A DNA stretch of 64,000 nucleotides, taken from Candidatus Omnitrophota bacterium (GTDB lineage Bacteria; Omnitrophota; Gorgyraeia; Zapsychrales; Zapsychraceae). The stretch is from assembly GCA_015233495.1 (NCBI GenBank), contig JADFXQ010000002.1, positions 34,390 to 98,389 of the forward strand. The letters are read 5' to 3'. The translations under genes were made by a program, and so were the position numbers. Below the pieces are notes generated by a model. That model saw only the letters and a list, made by a program, of their open reading frames with translations, was not told the DNA's origin and did not search any database. Shown here piece by piece: positions 49,801 to 56,811 of the stretch (position 1 is its first letter; every line of letters starts with the position of its first letter).

Positions 49801-50548
49801 GCAATTGAACGATACGGCGCCGCAGCATTTTCATTATGATCTTTCGACTTATACCCATCTTGAACCCGAGACGATTGATAGCATGAGTCAGCGGATGAGC
49901 GCGGAAGATATGGATAAACAATTGATTAAATTAGCGAACTTGATCGGGAACGGCGGCGGCAATGATTTGCAACGGGCAATGTCTTTTAAGCTGACGAATG
50001 AACAAGGTACAGGTTTTCTTGATGCCCGCGAGGCGCGAACCGCGAAAGTGAAATATATGATCGTGTTTACCGACGGAGCTGACGCGGCCATTCGGCAGAA
50101 CGGAAATGATTATGAGCCCCAGGATTCTTTTAAGGAAGTTTTACGAAGATATCGTGACGCCGGGATTGACTTGATTGCCATCGGGATCGGCGCAGGCTCA
50201 AAATATGTGCGGGCGTTCAAAGGCGAGGGACAGCATTTTGTCCAGATTGACGATAAGCATCCCGAAAACATCGCGGAAGCAATCGCGGCTATCGCGGAGC
50301 TGAAATCCAGGGGAATGGGTATTTTGCCGGACGGCGACATCACGCCTTTGATGCAATTCTCGCAAAGCAGTCCGATCAGCGATGCAGACGCGAATAAAGT
50401 CGGCGGTATTGATTTGACCGCGGACTGGGTGACTATTGAAACGCATACCGCGGGCCGCGAAATTCAAATTCCTCGGCTTCCTGAAAATTTTGACTGGTCG
50501 CGAGTGCAGGGATTAAACCCGCTGATTCTGGAATTTTATTCGTATTAA
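37874..50548 (+). CDS. giant secreted multi-AAA+ ATPase / beta-propeller / transglutaminase-like / vWA(MIDAS) protein, 4224 aa
   Basis: A single uninterrupted 12,675-nt ORF. GTG start with no obvious SD; an in-frame TTG at 37913 is an alternative. N-terminal signal peptide (KRLVAFVVLLCFLLLNVRPLAA). Walker A motifs GPTGVGKT (40271), GPSGAGKT (45461) and GESGAAKT (47720), with matching AAA_5-type Walker B regions. Duplicated W-rich repeat module at 42295-45420. TGase core GVCRHG...H...D at 49049-49189. vWA MIDAS motif DASGS at ~49730. Confidence 0.85.
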   Translation: MDTIFIISIYKHILKRLVAFVVLLCFLLLNVRPLAAGGWPQPPSVTILDSSRPFTPFLLKGVTIDPRNPLHFDFIFDPGQSSMSTNHSEKEASRIVKYFLAALALPEKDRWVNLSLQESGRIIPEIFGLTDMGRDMLSLDFVLKQLSASLTHPEQKLGAEFWRRVYAKVKKEYGTDEVPVDSVTRVWIVPAQAVVYTSGQSAFVAKSSLKVLAEEDYLAGKPQGLKASEPDSLKGKNTAAVFTDIFRAIVIPEIEKEVNTGDAFAPLRQIYNALVLATWFKQQCKAGTLGKGYFGQKKIKGIDVAKDRFKEKIYEQYTESLKKGVYNFIREYNDPLTEETVSRQYYSGGIEFTTEVDRKVQFLPLEKEVFLAVLRKSSPVLEGASIYIDPITKEEKLPRPRMSSPVKPPVLDDSSRQALEDLGLSYKEFQRLTFAQTGFEEALFNAFPALKLNIFSLRTQERFSRAVRSLTRELRENSVEPKIALGFAIRFAIQQFYQDILPENLSSADNQRWNQIVSQYFRDFLPSPGPRIPEYVKRKYNFDDNMNGRVARALISRTPVVFKAAKNSDGLLTDELRRQAGEGNIDLSVVWGHPSTDERQLIGGRVPKEGKDGLVFGYGVLTEKIEAARSDPGKKYVVLIKNIEAVDPEVRLLLQEMLRISELSHPGLGQVYLPENFQIIFTMAETANIEDDSFYDRVSVKTVPADLTFKPKTLPGVTAGVTAENYRSVLTIKGSADNPVLVLPGTQIRLNQEFRGITTENMFSMIYEKTGLLLDFDTVRMLVAMANAVKSGEPILRLIGPTGVGKTFTSRGFALLRGSSFFANPVSPGTEFTDLIGSFEQQDNHLFAFNGETTFKERLENGGVVALSELNTLVDNNQKASLAWWLTQISQTTPDADGYRTIYLTEVPVAPGQPRPSIRIHPQSLIVVDVNPAVYESRAAFPDVFEESTPELTIGSYISAIAADRAADIHKLSQTARQFLSLGVRIQGRMIPGISDPARLEVLAEAIGTRYYEVVAAYDQHKFGGKDQFHFSNRELKRIAEDVLLWMERGLSSDAALAKAFTHHLVVRWNAQNDRDYAANLIPDAEVTLGLREFVEHEVFVANRRAHIRVASGIDTQVLIDEIKDGRDDVVVRIINVTQELDRFKLEGGRVVNEDGRGYAFAEGLIGRMIAQAETAPDKKFLYVFENIHNLWPEDAVGLNEILQEGTLSVRGRDTKRSIPVNAGIMSISRQDTDWTWSEAEKSRYVTYVYERDTIGEQIQNRLNDYFRANGLEPAVAIALSRMFWRRLKVSIEYIQSNKAYQNRVSERSALKCIELFIKLTAERQEAGGLNVADLINLFRKSCDLTFGISVPRRVLLDNSQSRVAAVYQNLFTVFGALPFGAPLNAVTSQKSGGAETAAGEAEAGNVNLNGEIALALAAAKLDLEMADAEDRSSALQKLKEVLELSEHTGDLTGEPTAAQDLKNLDVVRAVLKQSSHKFRGSVTGFDVNEHGVVVWTNLDEIWIQKNDGKILTTRFPGMIRNVRISADELVYISGENTVCVIKQDDLNHLISYPTYLTTDNVEAIQHLVISNGVVAAATAKGGLLLWEKEGNQWLEKIRWKDGFPIEQLLLSGETLAVRMRNGTCRIWQKNGGAWEQQSGLVLGHSSDNRFKNRIWQIVAKVRRIFLGGDKGYIPGVSQIALSETEFAIFTHSGEIIMWAKEVGQWRAEPVLRTSIEPGVYRVGHFVLKDSALVYCSFNGEVRLWGKHGDKWIKEPLIKDDTFGTNVRFFDFNNGVLAIGGNVGALKTSSAEPKGGIRVWEREFSLWGPKWQLRIKEDNLDGLADLKVSKGAVRVLAVTLNGQILSWVNQIIKWQIDPVRTIKHSGQIFGAQTHSGNLLVVTTDAVDVYQPGIGIVYGTAVMQFNGAEDVPVSDLADEVVRMSVREPPRPEILAQQEARAKQEIILGDEKKRAPALLKLGETLTAAEQADHLEKEAEVESATLADLDVVVGLMSESGHKFAGKIKGFESNEYGVLAWSDQKEIWLKDAKGDIIEYQFDQEIRYARIARDRLVVADIDRIYIWEKDNGVWQRRAFVSDLLPGYTKGLAISDDGVVAVCNSYGQIYLFKKQNGQWKSANNIKVFFVIGMIFDRLEKFLLKTNVGMVLCRFIEKWDFRMRSNRSFDKIYFRGELLVVEEVVDYDGKQYFGVFERKDGRWARVFKRKFDGPIKNFVVLKNVLTVVDKQGVVFSVSKSEGKWVMRERRIGSEQVLYISEDVWLSAIGEVQLVYKDGDQPEQYLFLPVRFAEVSYVARDKDFLAIGTKSGSIYLYEKKDYLPIGNTSRMSAYLEPQNKWRLAGQADNLGTIKGLNIKDGKVIVATEDGSVKWFGVGRGMVHEGIVRNLNGEGQMDQRSLSKKVTRLKVKYERHNQTGSPEDQKFEPLVGYGNRPFYFGADRDGNVYLNFDNRWYRTRHTLTQPFDHALLSGPRTAPVNGRPTEIFPVRLDAVKHPDSRLERSFTKKDFLMTTGDLTEEEKAVLLNFEISRQVDLEGPSGAGKTSIGKEIALLLGLPVFVLQMHGQRDLSDLIGAYREDEHGRYYLSMKPKPVAKDILEAAVAPALVSRLLEKGVIRVDDKDPEVYYWGYGIYSLVDLEERLDALGGILGQPDKKALRALVHYRLPLLEFLTWGGIYIVDEGAIGEQGQALINWFSRIVNGDSEISIDDFTGLSIRFKVHTDFHLIITNNSPEDTAGREFLKSEIAANIGFIYVPEDDSPDTIEGLLEHFLQDELAGTDVRGVKSALRKLYLDIKAAVGTSIGTDKKERYYISKREIRRVAARLLFEYKKDPEHFDFTYSFYKALRIVFEAAFSHEQERQFVMDKIVTHLKETFPERAQAIDQFKAKLEAEINNRFAFASTENEKWVLWVADELLNQDEPLLLIDERGARTRAMLRRLQENRGAVFDLVDAVPSHTSFELLGAILPEFSDKGIAKPGSRMRFVKGRLIEHLLTKEEMEQAESQGGKSQEVIVWIRNIDQWNEDIRSSLNGLLENGYIDIETSRGETIRYYKPRHVRFIAGINAQSGEDFSSAFFNRWVKVGVLAEPRPDQNVDKGESDFQKVLSDVYEMDSREAYLFARLFLETSRREAQRQWSVQESYDLTPETFYLIAAAVRLAKQQSPQWQAILAAFERQNYDPRRESPTNAAQRDLEAEYRRLSNRILTQEIARLFLPRFRTATSADTGDRKLVEDSIRAVFNLQGPITLDTTDIVSPDLSAVPDKIRLYYTTKIREYLSALQRASQMNRGIDMLGESGAAKTTLAEHLAHRTGRKFYKYQSHAKSEVTDLTIELSQTEDGVIQKRYKEFYAWLKNGNAVIDFDEANAAPHILWALEAVLNGESVIYPAFPGEKPFKIGDNITIVFTRNPLRYAGRQQIEKRITDKMVVLWIDLPDPEEKAKIVQTFYGVWALEEETAVAPTEELHPKEKANIPHESDLPVSDTIDMDTDMKEGREIPTMQDEKNLTEPPAVSTAPKPAARGVFTPELYPRTRLGVYNRFDAATEKFWLERGEYKSVPVTPKTGRERTIIEETRDIFQGQYILRLGHAFSRLPSAGADMEFIDLSVRDTAGNLLDIPVEITRDSADNYYIRQKDADAPAAEVEIRYTVTVAKEYFGKIIPNNPDIGPDIRETMTVMGLTPNNPDIGPDIREAMTVMGLTGKERDFREVLYKMIAFTRDFKLEKITAEGPSKFLRILRSGAGVCRHGAQIFAATAWAIGMPARLVVSDIHEFVEVEVPGIGWMQIDLGGGGDPANMDLSPLANERHNPAYANDFPEPENYKQKKELYRDLYEKAMKDQGIKPPVSPRPNRSGETGAADNDAAIGGHFDPKLEGERIDAALANLIREQGATLNQDIENSFQSGTVIAEQVFERMKRAIEAGIRYKREMKKNGLEIDPVAWMLRLPNPFVKRTRVTKLQTTAVAVLFDASGSISVIREPVTYAIAVTGKNFQQLNDTAPQHFHYDLSTYTHLEPETIDSMSQRMSAEDMDKQLIKLANLIGNGGGNDLQRAMSFKLTNEQGTGFLDAREARTAKVKYMIVFTDGADAAIRQNGNDYEPQDSFKEVLRRYRDAGIDLIAIGIGAGSKYVRAFKGEGQHFVQIDDKHPENIAEAIAAIAELKSRGMGILPDGDITPLMQFSQSSPISDADANKVGGIDLTADWVTIETHTAGREIQIPRLPENFDWSRVQGLNPLILEFYSY
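42295..45420 (+). repeat. internal tandem duplication of a ~520-aa Trp-rich beta-propeller-like module (protein level)
   Basis: Module 1 starts HKFRGSVTGFDVNEHGVVVWTNLDEIWIQKNDGKIL. Module 2 starts HKFAGKIKGFESNEYGVLAWSDQKEIWLKDAKGDII. Both contain recurring phi-W-x-K-x-G-x-W repeats. Confidence 0.6.
48811..48930 (+). repeat. perfect 2 x 60-bp in-frame tandem duplication inside the giant gene
   Basis: 48811-48870 and 48871-48930 differ at only 2 positions. They encode PNNPDIGPDIRE(T/A)MTVMGLT twice. Confidence 0.9.
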
Positions 50549-50621
50549 AAATTTTTACTCCTTGGCGGAATTTGAGTAATTGATTGATGATTAAGGGACG
50601 AAGCAGTGAGCTGCGGGGTGG

Positions 50622-52925
50622 TTAACGCGGCCAGCGGTTTTGAATCTCTTGGTTATGGGCCAGGTAAAAGGCAATCCATTGGTTCACCAGCGATTGGCCT
50701 TGATTCATCCGGTTTTGGTCCAGGGCGCTAAACCCTGCGAGCCGCGTTTGCAATCCTACTAACAGTTTGTCCCGGTATTCATTTCCTAATTGCGGAACAA
50801 TTTTGTTCAATTGATCCGGGTCAACGCTTCTTGCCTCGTAATAATCCAAAGACAGTTTTTCTCGCAGGGCCAATAATGTTGCGATCGAATCAATGGGCGG
50901 GTTGGGCTGTTGCAGTTCAAAGAGGGTGTGGAAAAAATGTTCTTGGCAATTCGCGGCGGCCCGCGTTCCATACGGATCGGGGAGAAAAACCGCGATTTCG
51001 CCATAGTCGCGGGTTTTAATGAAGTGTTGTCCTTGTTCGTCTAAAGTAAGGGGTTGCAGGTCCCGGACAAAAATGATCAAATCCGGACTAAAATTTTTCA
51101 GGGTATATTTTTGGGCGAGCTTATCAGTGATGCGGATGTGTTCAATGCGGAGGTTTTTCCCAAAATCCAAAAGCGGCCAGAGCGGATATTCCCAGCTTTC
51201 TTGACCGGAGATCAGGCCGATATTTTTGCGGCTCTGCTGTTTGACATATTGCGCGGCGAGTTTATATCCGGCGCGCAGTTCCGGCCGCATGAAAAAATAT
51301 TGGTCAGACCGCGGCGTGGCAAAGATGGACGTTTTATGGGTATTGAATAGACTGCGCGTAGGATTTTGTAAAAGCGCCGGCCAGGAGAAAAAAAGGATTA
51401 ACCCCGCGGCCAGCCAAACTAACGCGCGCGTTAGCAAACGGTTAGAGGTTTCCCCGAAACGGGAAACGACGATTCCGAACAGAGGAGAAAAGAGCGCAAA
51501 GAAGACCAGATGAAACCGGCTATGCCAAGGCTGCCATTTGATCGTCAGACAAAAAAGCAGAAAACCGGTTAAAAGACACAGCAGATAGCGCGGCCCAGCG
51601 GGATACAAGCGGCGGGGCAGAAAGCCGAGGAATAAAATAGCGGCAAGTCCGACGAGAAGATGCGCCGGGTTTCCCGCGGTATCTTCATGAAAATTCCGGG
51701 GAGGGATGGCGAAGGGTATGTCTAAGAAAGTGATGCTGGATTCGGAAATGCCGATTCCTAAAGCAGCGTGTATGGACTTGACCGCGCGCCAGAGGGCTTT
51801 ATTTGTTTCCGGAGAACTGGTCCCCAGATGCAAGGCGAGGTTGCGCGCGACATTGGAAACCGCCAGCCGCGGTGACATATTGGTGACGCTGATACCCTGG
51901 ACATCCGGGTGGGGAATAAAAGGGTTGGCGCTGAGTTGGTAATTGCGTATTCCTTGGGGAAGCGAAAAAAATAAAAGACAACAAAATAAAAGGCCAAGAT
52001 TTTTTAATCCGTTTTGGGGCTGTTTTATTTGCAACCGTAACTCCCAAATAACAAAAGGGAGCAGAGCCGGGATAATTGTGCTTTTGGTAAGGCAGCCGAT
52101 TCCCAAGGCCAGACCGGAAAAAAGAAAAGCGTTTCGGCTGTGCCGTTGGCGATATTCCCATAAAAAAGCCAGACTGCTGACTGCCCAAAACGTGACGACA
52201 TAATCGTTTTGGGTTGTGGTGGCTTGCGCAATTCCCATGGGAAGCGTCACGGCAAAAAACGCCGCAGCGATTTGGCCGAAGCGCCCGGCGCCGAGCAAGG
52301 CGGCGATCCAAGCGGCGCCGATCACACTGCCGACCATGCTCGCCCACTGCACAGAATTCGCAAAACGGTCATTGCCGCTGAGGATTTGCAAATGCAAGAT
52401 TATATATTCGGCTCCGGGAGCGGTAAACAGCTGGCGGTTAGAATGCGTGGGGTAAAAAGCGACACTGCGGTTTTGGATCCAGTGCGGGACCCGTGCCATG
52501 TGATACGTCATGGAATCAAAATTATTAGGAGGAGCGGTGAGGGCAATGATGCCGGTCAGGAGGATGGTGACTAAAATAAGGGCCAGGAGAATTTTTTCGC
52601 TTAAAGAATAAGCGGCGATTCTGACCAGAGCCGGGCAGACGGGCGGGGGAGGTCCGTTGGCTTTTTTTAAAAAGGAGGGCGGGGTTCCGAATAAAAAGTA
52701 AAGGTTGATTCCCCCCACCGCAAACCAAAGGACCAGCAGACTCGCCGCGGTGAGGCAATGCAACAGGCTGAGGATTTCTGTGCTGACAACGATCAGACTG
52801 CCGAGAAGCACTGCAGAGCCGAGCAGAGATTTGCGCCAGTCCTCTGCGGGAAGAGCGGAACGCCGGTTAAGGTTGAACGCGGTGAAAATCAGCGATAAAG
52901 GAAGCAAAAGGGCTAACATAGACAA
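50622..52925 (-). CDS. GT-C fold membrane glycosyltransferase (ArnT/PMT-like)
   Basis: 767 aa, N-terminal polytopic TM region, NFDSMTYH loop motif and a large C-terminal soluble domain. Convergent with the giant gene. Confidence 0.55.
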   Translation of the reverse strand: MSMLALLLPLSLIFTAFNLNRRSALPAEDWRKSLLGSAVLLGSLIVVSTEILSLLHCLTAASLLVLWFAVGGINLYFLFGTPPSFLKKANGPPPPVCPALVRIAAYSLSEKILLALILVTILLTGIIALTAPPNNFDSMTYHMARVPHWIQNRSVAFYPTHSNRQLFTAPGAEYIILHLQILSGNDRFANSVQWASMVGSVIGAAWIAALLGAGRFGQIAAAFFAVTLPMGIAQATTTQNDYVVTFWAVSSLAFLWEYRQRHSRNAFLFSGLALGIGCLTKSTIIPALLPFVIWELRLQIKQPQNGLKNLGLLFCCLLFFSLPQGIRNYQLSANPFIPHPDVQGISVTNMSPRLAVSNVARNLALHLGTSSPETNKALWRAVKSIHAALGIGISESSITFLDIPFAIPPRNFHEDTAGNPAHLLVGLAAILFLGFLPRRLYPAGPRYLLCLLTGFLLFCLTIKWQPWHSRFHLVFFALFSPLFGIVVSRFGETSNRLLTRALVWLAAGLILFFSWPALLQNPTRSLFNTHKTSIFATPRSDQYFFMRPELRAGYKLAAQYVKQQSRKNIGLISGQESWEYPLWPLLDFGKNLRIEHIRITDKLAQKYTLKNFSPDLIIFVRDLQPLTLDEQGQHFIKTRDYGEIAVFLPDPYGTRAAANCQEHFFHTLFELQQPNPPIDSIATLLALREKLSLDYYEARSVDPDQLNKIVPQLGNEYRDKLLVGLQTRLAGFSALDQNRMNQGQSLVNQWIAFYLAHNQEIQNRWPR

Positions 52926-52938
52926 AGTCGCGCGGGGA

Positions 52939-53628
52939 TTAACGGCTCTTAAAATATTGAAAAATGCCCCAATACATTTTCCAGGCTTTATTCCAATTGA
53001 TTTTTTTGCCGTCTTGATGCGTGCGGGCCGTGTAGTCGATCGGGATTTCCAGGATCCGGCAGCCGCGGTTGATCAATTTGGAAGTGATTTCCGTTTCAAA
53101 CGTAAAGTCCGAGGAGGTGATTGAAATTGTTTGCAGGATCGAACGGGGAATCAGTTTAAAACAGGTGTTGATATCCGTCAATTTTGTCCGGTGGAGGAGA
53201 TTAAAAGTCAGGTTGGAAAAAATATTCGCGAACCGGTTAATCAAAGTCATGCCGCGCTGACTGCCCAAAAAACGCGAGCCATAGGTGACGTCCGCTTTTC
53301 CCGCGATAATTGGTTTTAAGAGCGCCGGGTAATAATTCGGCGAGTATTCTAAATCCGCGTCCTGGATGAGCACCAGATCTCCGGAGGCTAAACGAATGCC
53401 GCTGGCCAAGGCGTTGGTCTTTCCCGCATTGTTTTGGTGGATGATTTTGATAAAACTTTCCGCAGTGTATTTTTGCAGAATCGCCGCGGTTTGGTCGGTT
53501 GATCCGTCATTGACGACAATAATTTCGAGGTTGAGATTCTCGGCGGATTTGACGGTTTTGATTTCTTCCAGGACGGCTTCGACGGTGTTTTCTTCATTGT
53601 AAGCTGGGATAATAACCGAGATTTTCAC
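52939..53628 (-). CDS. GT2 polyprenyl-phosphate glycosyltransferase (GtrB/ArnC/DPM1-like)
   Basis: MKISVIIPAYNEENTV...VVNDGSTD...QDADLEY motifs. 229 aa. Confidence 0.75.
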   Translation of the reverse strand: MKISVIIPAYNEENTVEAVLEEIKTVKSAENLNLEIIVVNDGSTDQTAAILQKYTAESFIKIIHQNNAGKTNALASGIRLASGDLVLIQDADLEYSPNYYPALLKPIIAGKADVTYGSRFLGSQRGMTLINRFANIFSNLTFNLLHRTKLTDINTCFKLIPRSILQTISITSSDFTFETEITSKLINRGCRILEIPIDYTARTHQDGKKINWNKAWKMYWGIFQYFKSR

Positions 53629-53640
53629 GGGAACTCGCTT

Positions 53641-54357
53641 TTAAGATTTTGATTTGGCGCAAACCATGACTACAGATTGCCCGAAAGGCGGCGGCGCGCC
53701 TTTTTCCAAGGTTTGCAGCAACGGGACTGCCTGGTCCAGACAACGGCAGGCGTTTTTGTTGAATTGCTTTTGTTTTAAAATTTTTCCGGCAATGAACCAG
53801 GTGATGGTTCCGAACATATTCATGTAAAAAATCGCGGCGACCTTAAAACCAGCTTTGGCCGCCGCGGCGCTTAAGGATTTTTTAGTGTAGCGTCGATAAT
53901 GTCCGACCAAGGCGTCTAAAGACCCATATAAGCCGGGGAATGCGGGGGTTAAGACCACCAAACGGCCGCGCGGATTTAAGAGAGAATGGATGTGCCGCAG
54001 GGCTTCGACATCGTCGGATATGTGTTCAATGATGTTTAGACACGTCACCGTGTCAAACCCGCCGGTCGGGATTTTTCCCAGAGAGGACCGGTCCGTGATA
54101 TCCAGACGGGCAACTTTCATCCGCGGCATAGCGCTGAATTTATTTTGCAGCGCGCTGATCATCGGCGCGGTATAATCCGAGGCCGTGACTTCCGTTACCG
54201 CCGGGTTGTCTAAAAAAAGTTGGGTAATATCGCCTAATCCGCTGCCGATATCCAAGATTTTTCCGGAAAGGTGCTTTTTAATTACCGCATGAATCCAGGC
54301 GTTATAGCGGGTGGAAGCGCTGAGCGTGTCTAAAGTTTGATAAAGGGCATCGGGCAT
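53641..54357 (-). CDS. class I SAM-dependent methyltransferase
   Basis: ILDIGSGLGD motif I. 238 aa. First gene of the minus-strand three-gene operon. Confidence 0.65.
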   Translation of the reverse strand: MPDALYQTLDTLSASTRYNAWIHAVIKKHLSGKILDIGSGLGDITQLFLDNPAVTEVTASDYTAPMISALQNKFSAMPRMKVARLDITDRSSLGKIPTGGFDTVTCLNIIEHISDDVEALRHIHSLLNPRGRLVVLTPAFPGLYGSLDALVGHYRRYTKKSLSAAAAKAGFKVAAIFYMNMFGTITWFIAGKILKQKQFNKNACRCLDQAVPLLQTLEKGAPPPFGQSVVMVCAKSKS

Positions 54358-54524
54358 AGAATTTTAAGGAGAGCTGAACGCCTATGATAAATTTTAGGTA
54401 ATATAGCAAAGATCGTTTTTGTTGTCATCCTTTTTGGTGAATTTATTTTTTGGGGAGTTTGCTAAACATGAAAATGACCTTGCTTTTTGGCAAGGTATCT
54501 GATAAGAAAAGGGCGTTCTGAGTT
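54358..54524. promoter_or_regulatory. divergent promoter region
   Basis: 167-bp AT-rich intergenic region between divergently transcribed genes. Contains a taatat box and a ccttgc-tttttg-gcaagg hairpin. Confidence 0.3.
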
Positions 54525-55355
54525 TTGGGCCGTGGTGTTTTCGATTACGGGCAAAGACAGCTGAGGGAGGCAAGGTTGCAAAACCCGCCAGGCGAGTTTT
54601 ATAAAATTTTAGGGGTCAAGATTTCGCAATTGGATATCCGGCAAGCGGTGTCGCGGGTATTTGCCTGGGTGGAAAATCGTCAGCGGGTTTATGTCTGCGT
54701 AGCCCCGGCCGCTACCATTGTTTGCGCCCAAGACGACCCGGAATATAAAAAAGTGGTCAATGCCGCGGCTATGGTTACTCCGGACGGCATGCCTGTCGTG
54801 TGGCTCGGACGCTGGCAGGGGCGCCGGGTACAGCGCGTTTACGGGCCGGACTTTATGCGGGCGGTCATTGAGACAGGGCAAGACCAGGGGATCCGGCATT
54901 ATTTTTACGGGGGAACAGAACAGACTCTGCGTAAATTGACGGATAATATCCGGCGCGATTTTCCGCGCGCTCGGATTGCCGGGTCTTGGGCGCCGGAGAT
55001 GATAAAAATAAAAGAAATAGAAAAACGCGAAATTTTGGATAAAATAAATGCCGCTGACCCGGACATTTTATGGATAGGGTTAGGCTCGCCGAAACAGGAT
55101 TTTTGGATGGCGGCGCATCGCGGCCTTTTGTCCGTTCCGGTGATGGCGGGGGTAGGCGCCGCTTTTGATTTTTTAGCCGGAGTAAAACCCCAGGCGCCGC
55201 GCTGGCTGCAACGCGCCGGGCTGGAATGGTTATTTCGGTTGAGTTGTGAACCGCGGCGTTTGGGAAAAAGATACCTGGTGGGCAACGCGCGCTTCATCTA
55301 TTTTTTGCTGCGCGGCGTTCTGCCAAAGTTTTGGGGCAAGGAGAAGCATGATTAA
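54525..55355 (+). CDS. WecB/TagA/CpsF family glycosyltransferase (GT26)
   Basis: KILGVKISQLDIRQAVSRVFAWV...VYVCVAPAATIV...MVTPDGMPVVW family signature. TTG start, with an alternative TTG at 54576 after GGAGG. Confidence 0.7.
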   Translation: MGRGVFDYGQRQLREARLQNPPGEFYKILGVKISQLDIRQAVSRVFAWVENRQRVYVCVAPAATIVCAQDDPEYKKVVNAAAMVTPDGMPVVWLGRWQGRRVQRVYGPDFMRAVIETGQDQGIRHYFYGGTEQTLRKLTDNIRRDFPRARIAGSWAPEMIKIKEIEKREILDKINAADPDILWIGLGSPKQDFWMAAHRGLLSVPVMAGVGAAFDFLAGVKPQAPRWLQRAGLEWLFRLSCEPRRLGKRYLVGNARFIYFLLRGVLPKFWGKEKHD

Positions 55356-56775
55356 ACACAGCCGGAAACTGATCATCAAATTGTTTTATATCGGCGTGGA
55401 TATCGGTTTAATCACCGCGGCGATTTACATCGCTTGTTTGCTCCGGCAAACCACCTTAGCCCTCCCGGTGACCCTGCACGAGATTTTTTTCGACCCGTTT
55501 AACGAATATCGTTTTTTGTTTGGGTTTTGGCTGGTGATCACGGTTCTCCAATTAAACCGGCGGGAACTGCATAAAACGCAGCGCGAACAGTTAGAAGGCA
55601 TTGAAATCGGCCAGGTTATTCAGGCGGTTATTTATGCCGCGATCACGATGCTGGCCGTAATTTTTATTTTTCGGTTCAGCGAATTTCCCCGCAGTATTTT
55701 TGTGATTGGCACGATTCTCAATATCATTTTTTTATCATTATGGCGGTCCCTCAAGCGGCAGTTTGTGATGTACTTGGTTTCCAAGGGGTACAATAATTTC
55801 AACGCTATCATTATCGGCGCTGGCCAAGTCGGAATGACTTTGGCGCAAGAAATTCAAAATCGGCCGGGATTAGGCATTCATTTGGTGGGGTTTTTGGATG
55901 ATAGCCGGTCTGAGGAAGCTGCCGTGGCGGGATTGCCGCCGATTTTAGGCAAAGTCGCGGATTTCCCGAAATACGCACACGAAGAATTTGTGCAGCAGGT
56001 CTTTATCACGACTTATCCGGACAACCGCGATTTTTTGCGGCTTCTCGTCCAGGCCCGGGATATGGGGATAGCTATCCGGGTGGTTCCGCAAGGGTTTGAA
56101 CTCATTTCAGGGGAATTGGCTAAATATACTATCGGGATTGTTCCTATCTTGGAATATACGGACGGCGTCCGTTATAAAGAACACGCCGCGAAGCGCGTTT
56201 TTGACGTTGCGGCCGCGTTGATCTTGGTAGCGGTTTTATCCCCGGTGTTGGCGGCTACGGCGCTTTGGGTAAAGTTGTCCAGTCCCGGCCCGGTATTTTA
56301 TTTTTCGCCCCGTTATGGCCGGGGCGGCCGCAAATTCGGCATGATGAAATTCCGCACCATGGTCGCCGACGCGGATAAACAATTGGACAAGGTTTTATGC
56401 CAGAAGGATGTGGATGGCCCGATTTTCAAAATCAAAAATGACCCGCGGATCACGACGGCCGGAGCTTTTTTGCGCAAATACAGCATTGATGAACTGCCGC
56501 AGTTGTTCAATGTGATTAAAGGCGACATGAGTTTGGTCGGCCCGCGGCCTTTGTTAGTGGAATATTTCGGCAAGCACGACCATCTGCAAGTCCAGCGTCT
56601 GGGGGTCCGCCCGGGGATCACCGGTTTGTGGCAGATCCGGGGCCGGAGCGATGTTTCCTCGTCGCGGTTGATGCGCTGGGACTTGTGGTATATCAATAAT
56701 TGGTCTTTTTGGCTGGATTTGAATATTTTGTGGCAGACGATTCCGGTGGTGTTCAAGGGCCGGGGAGCCTATTAG
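55349..56775 (+). CDS. polyprenyl-phosphate sugar phosphotransferase (initiating Bac_transf-type enzyme, WbaP/PglC-like)
   Basis: ATG at 55349. N-terminal TM helices, a central Rossmann-like domain and C-terminal VFDVAAALILV...KFRTM...DELPQLFNVIKGDMSLVGPRP. Confidence 0.8.
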
Positions 56776-56811
56776 CAAATTTAAGATTAACTCAAGAGAG
56801 TTGAGGTAAAA

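Noticed and set aside
55246-55348. Upstream extension of the sugar phosphotransferase ORF
   Set aside because: It overlaps the GT26 gene. The ATG at 55349, starting the first TM helix (MIKHSRKLIIKLFYIG), is the conventional start for this family.
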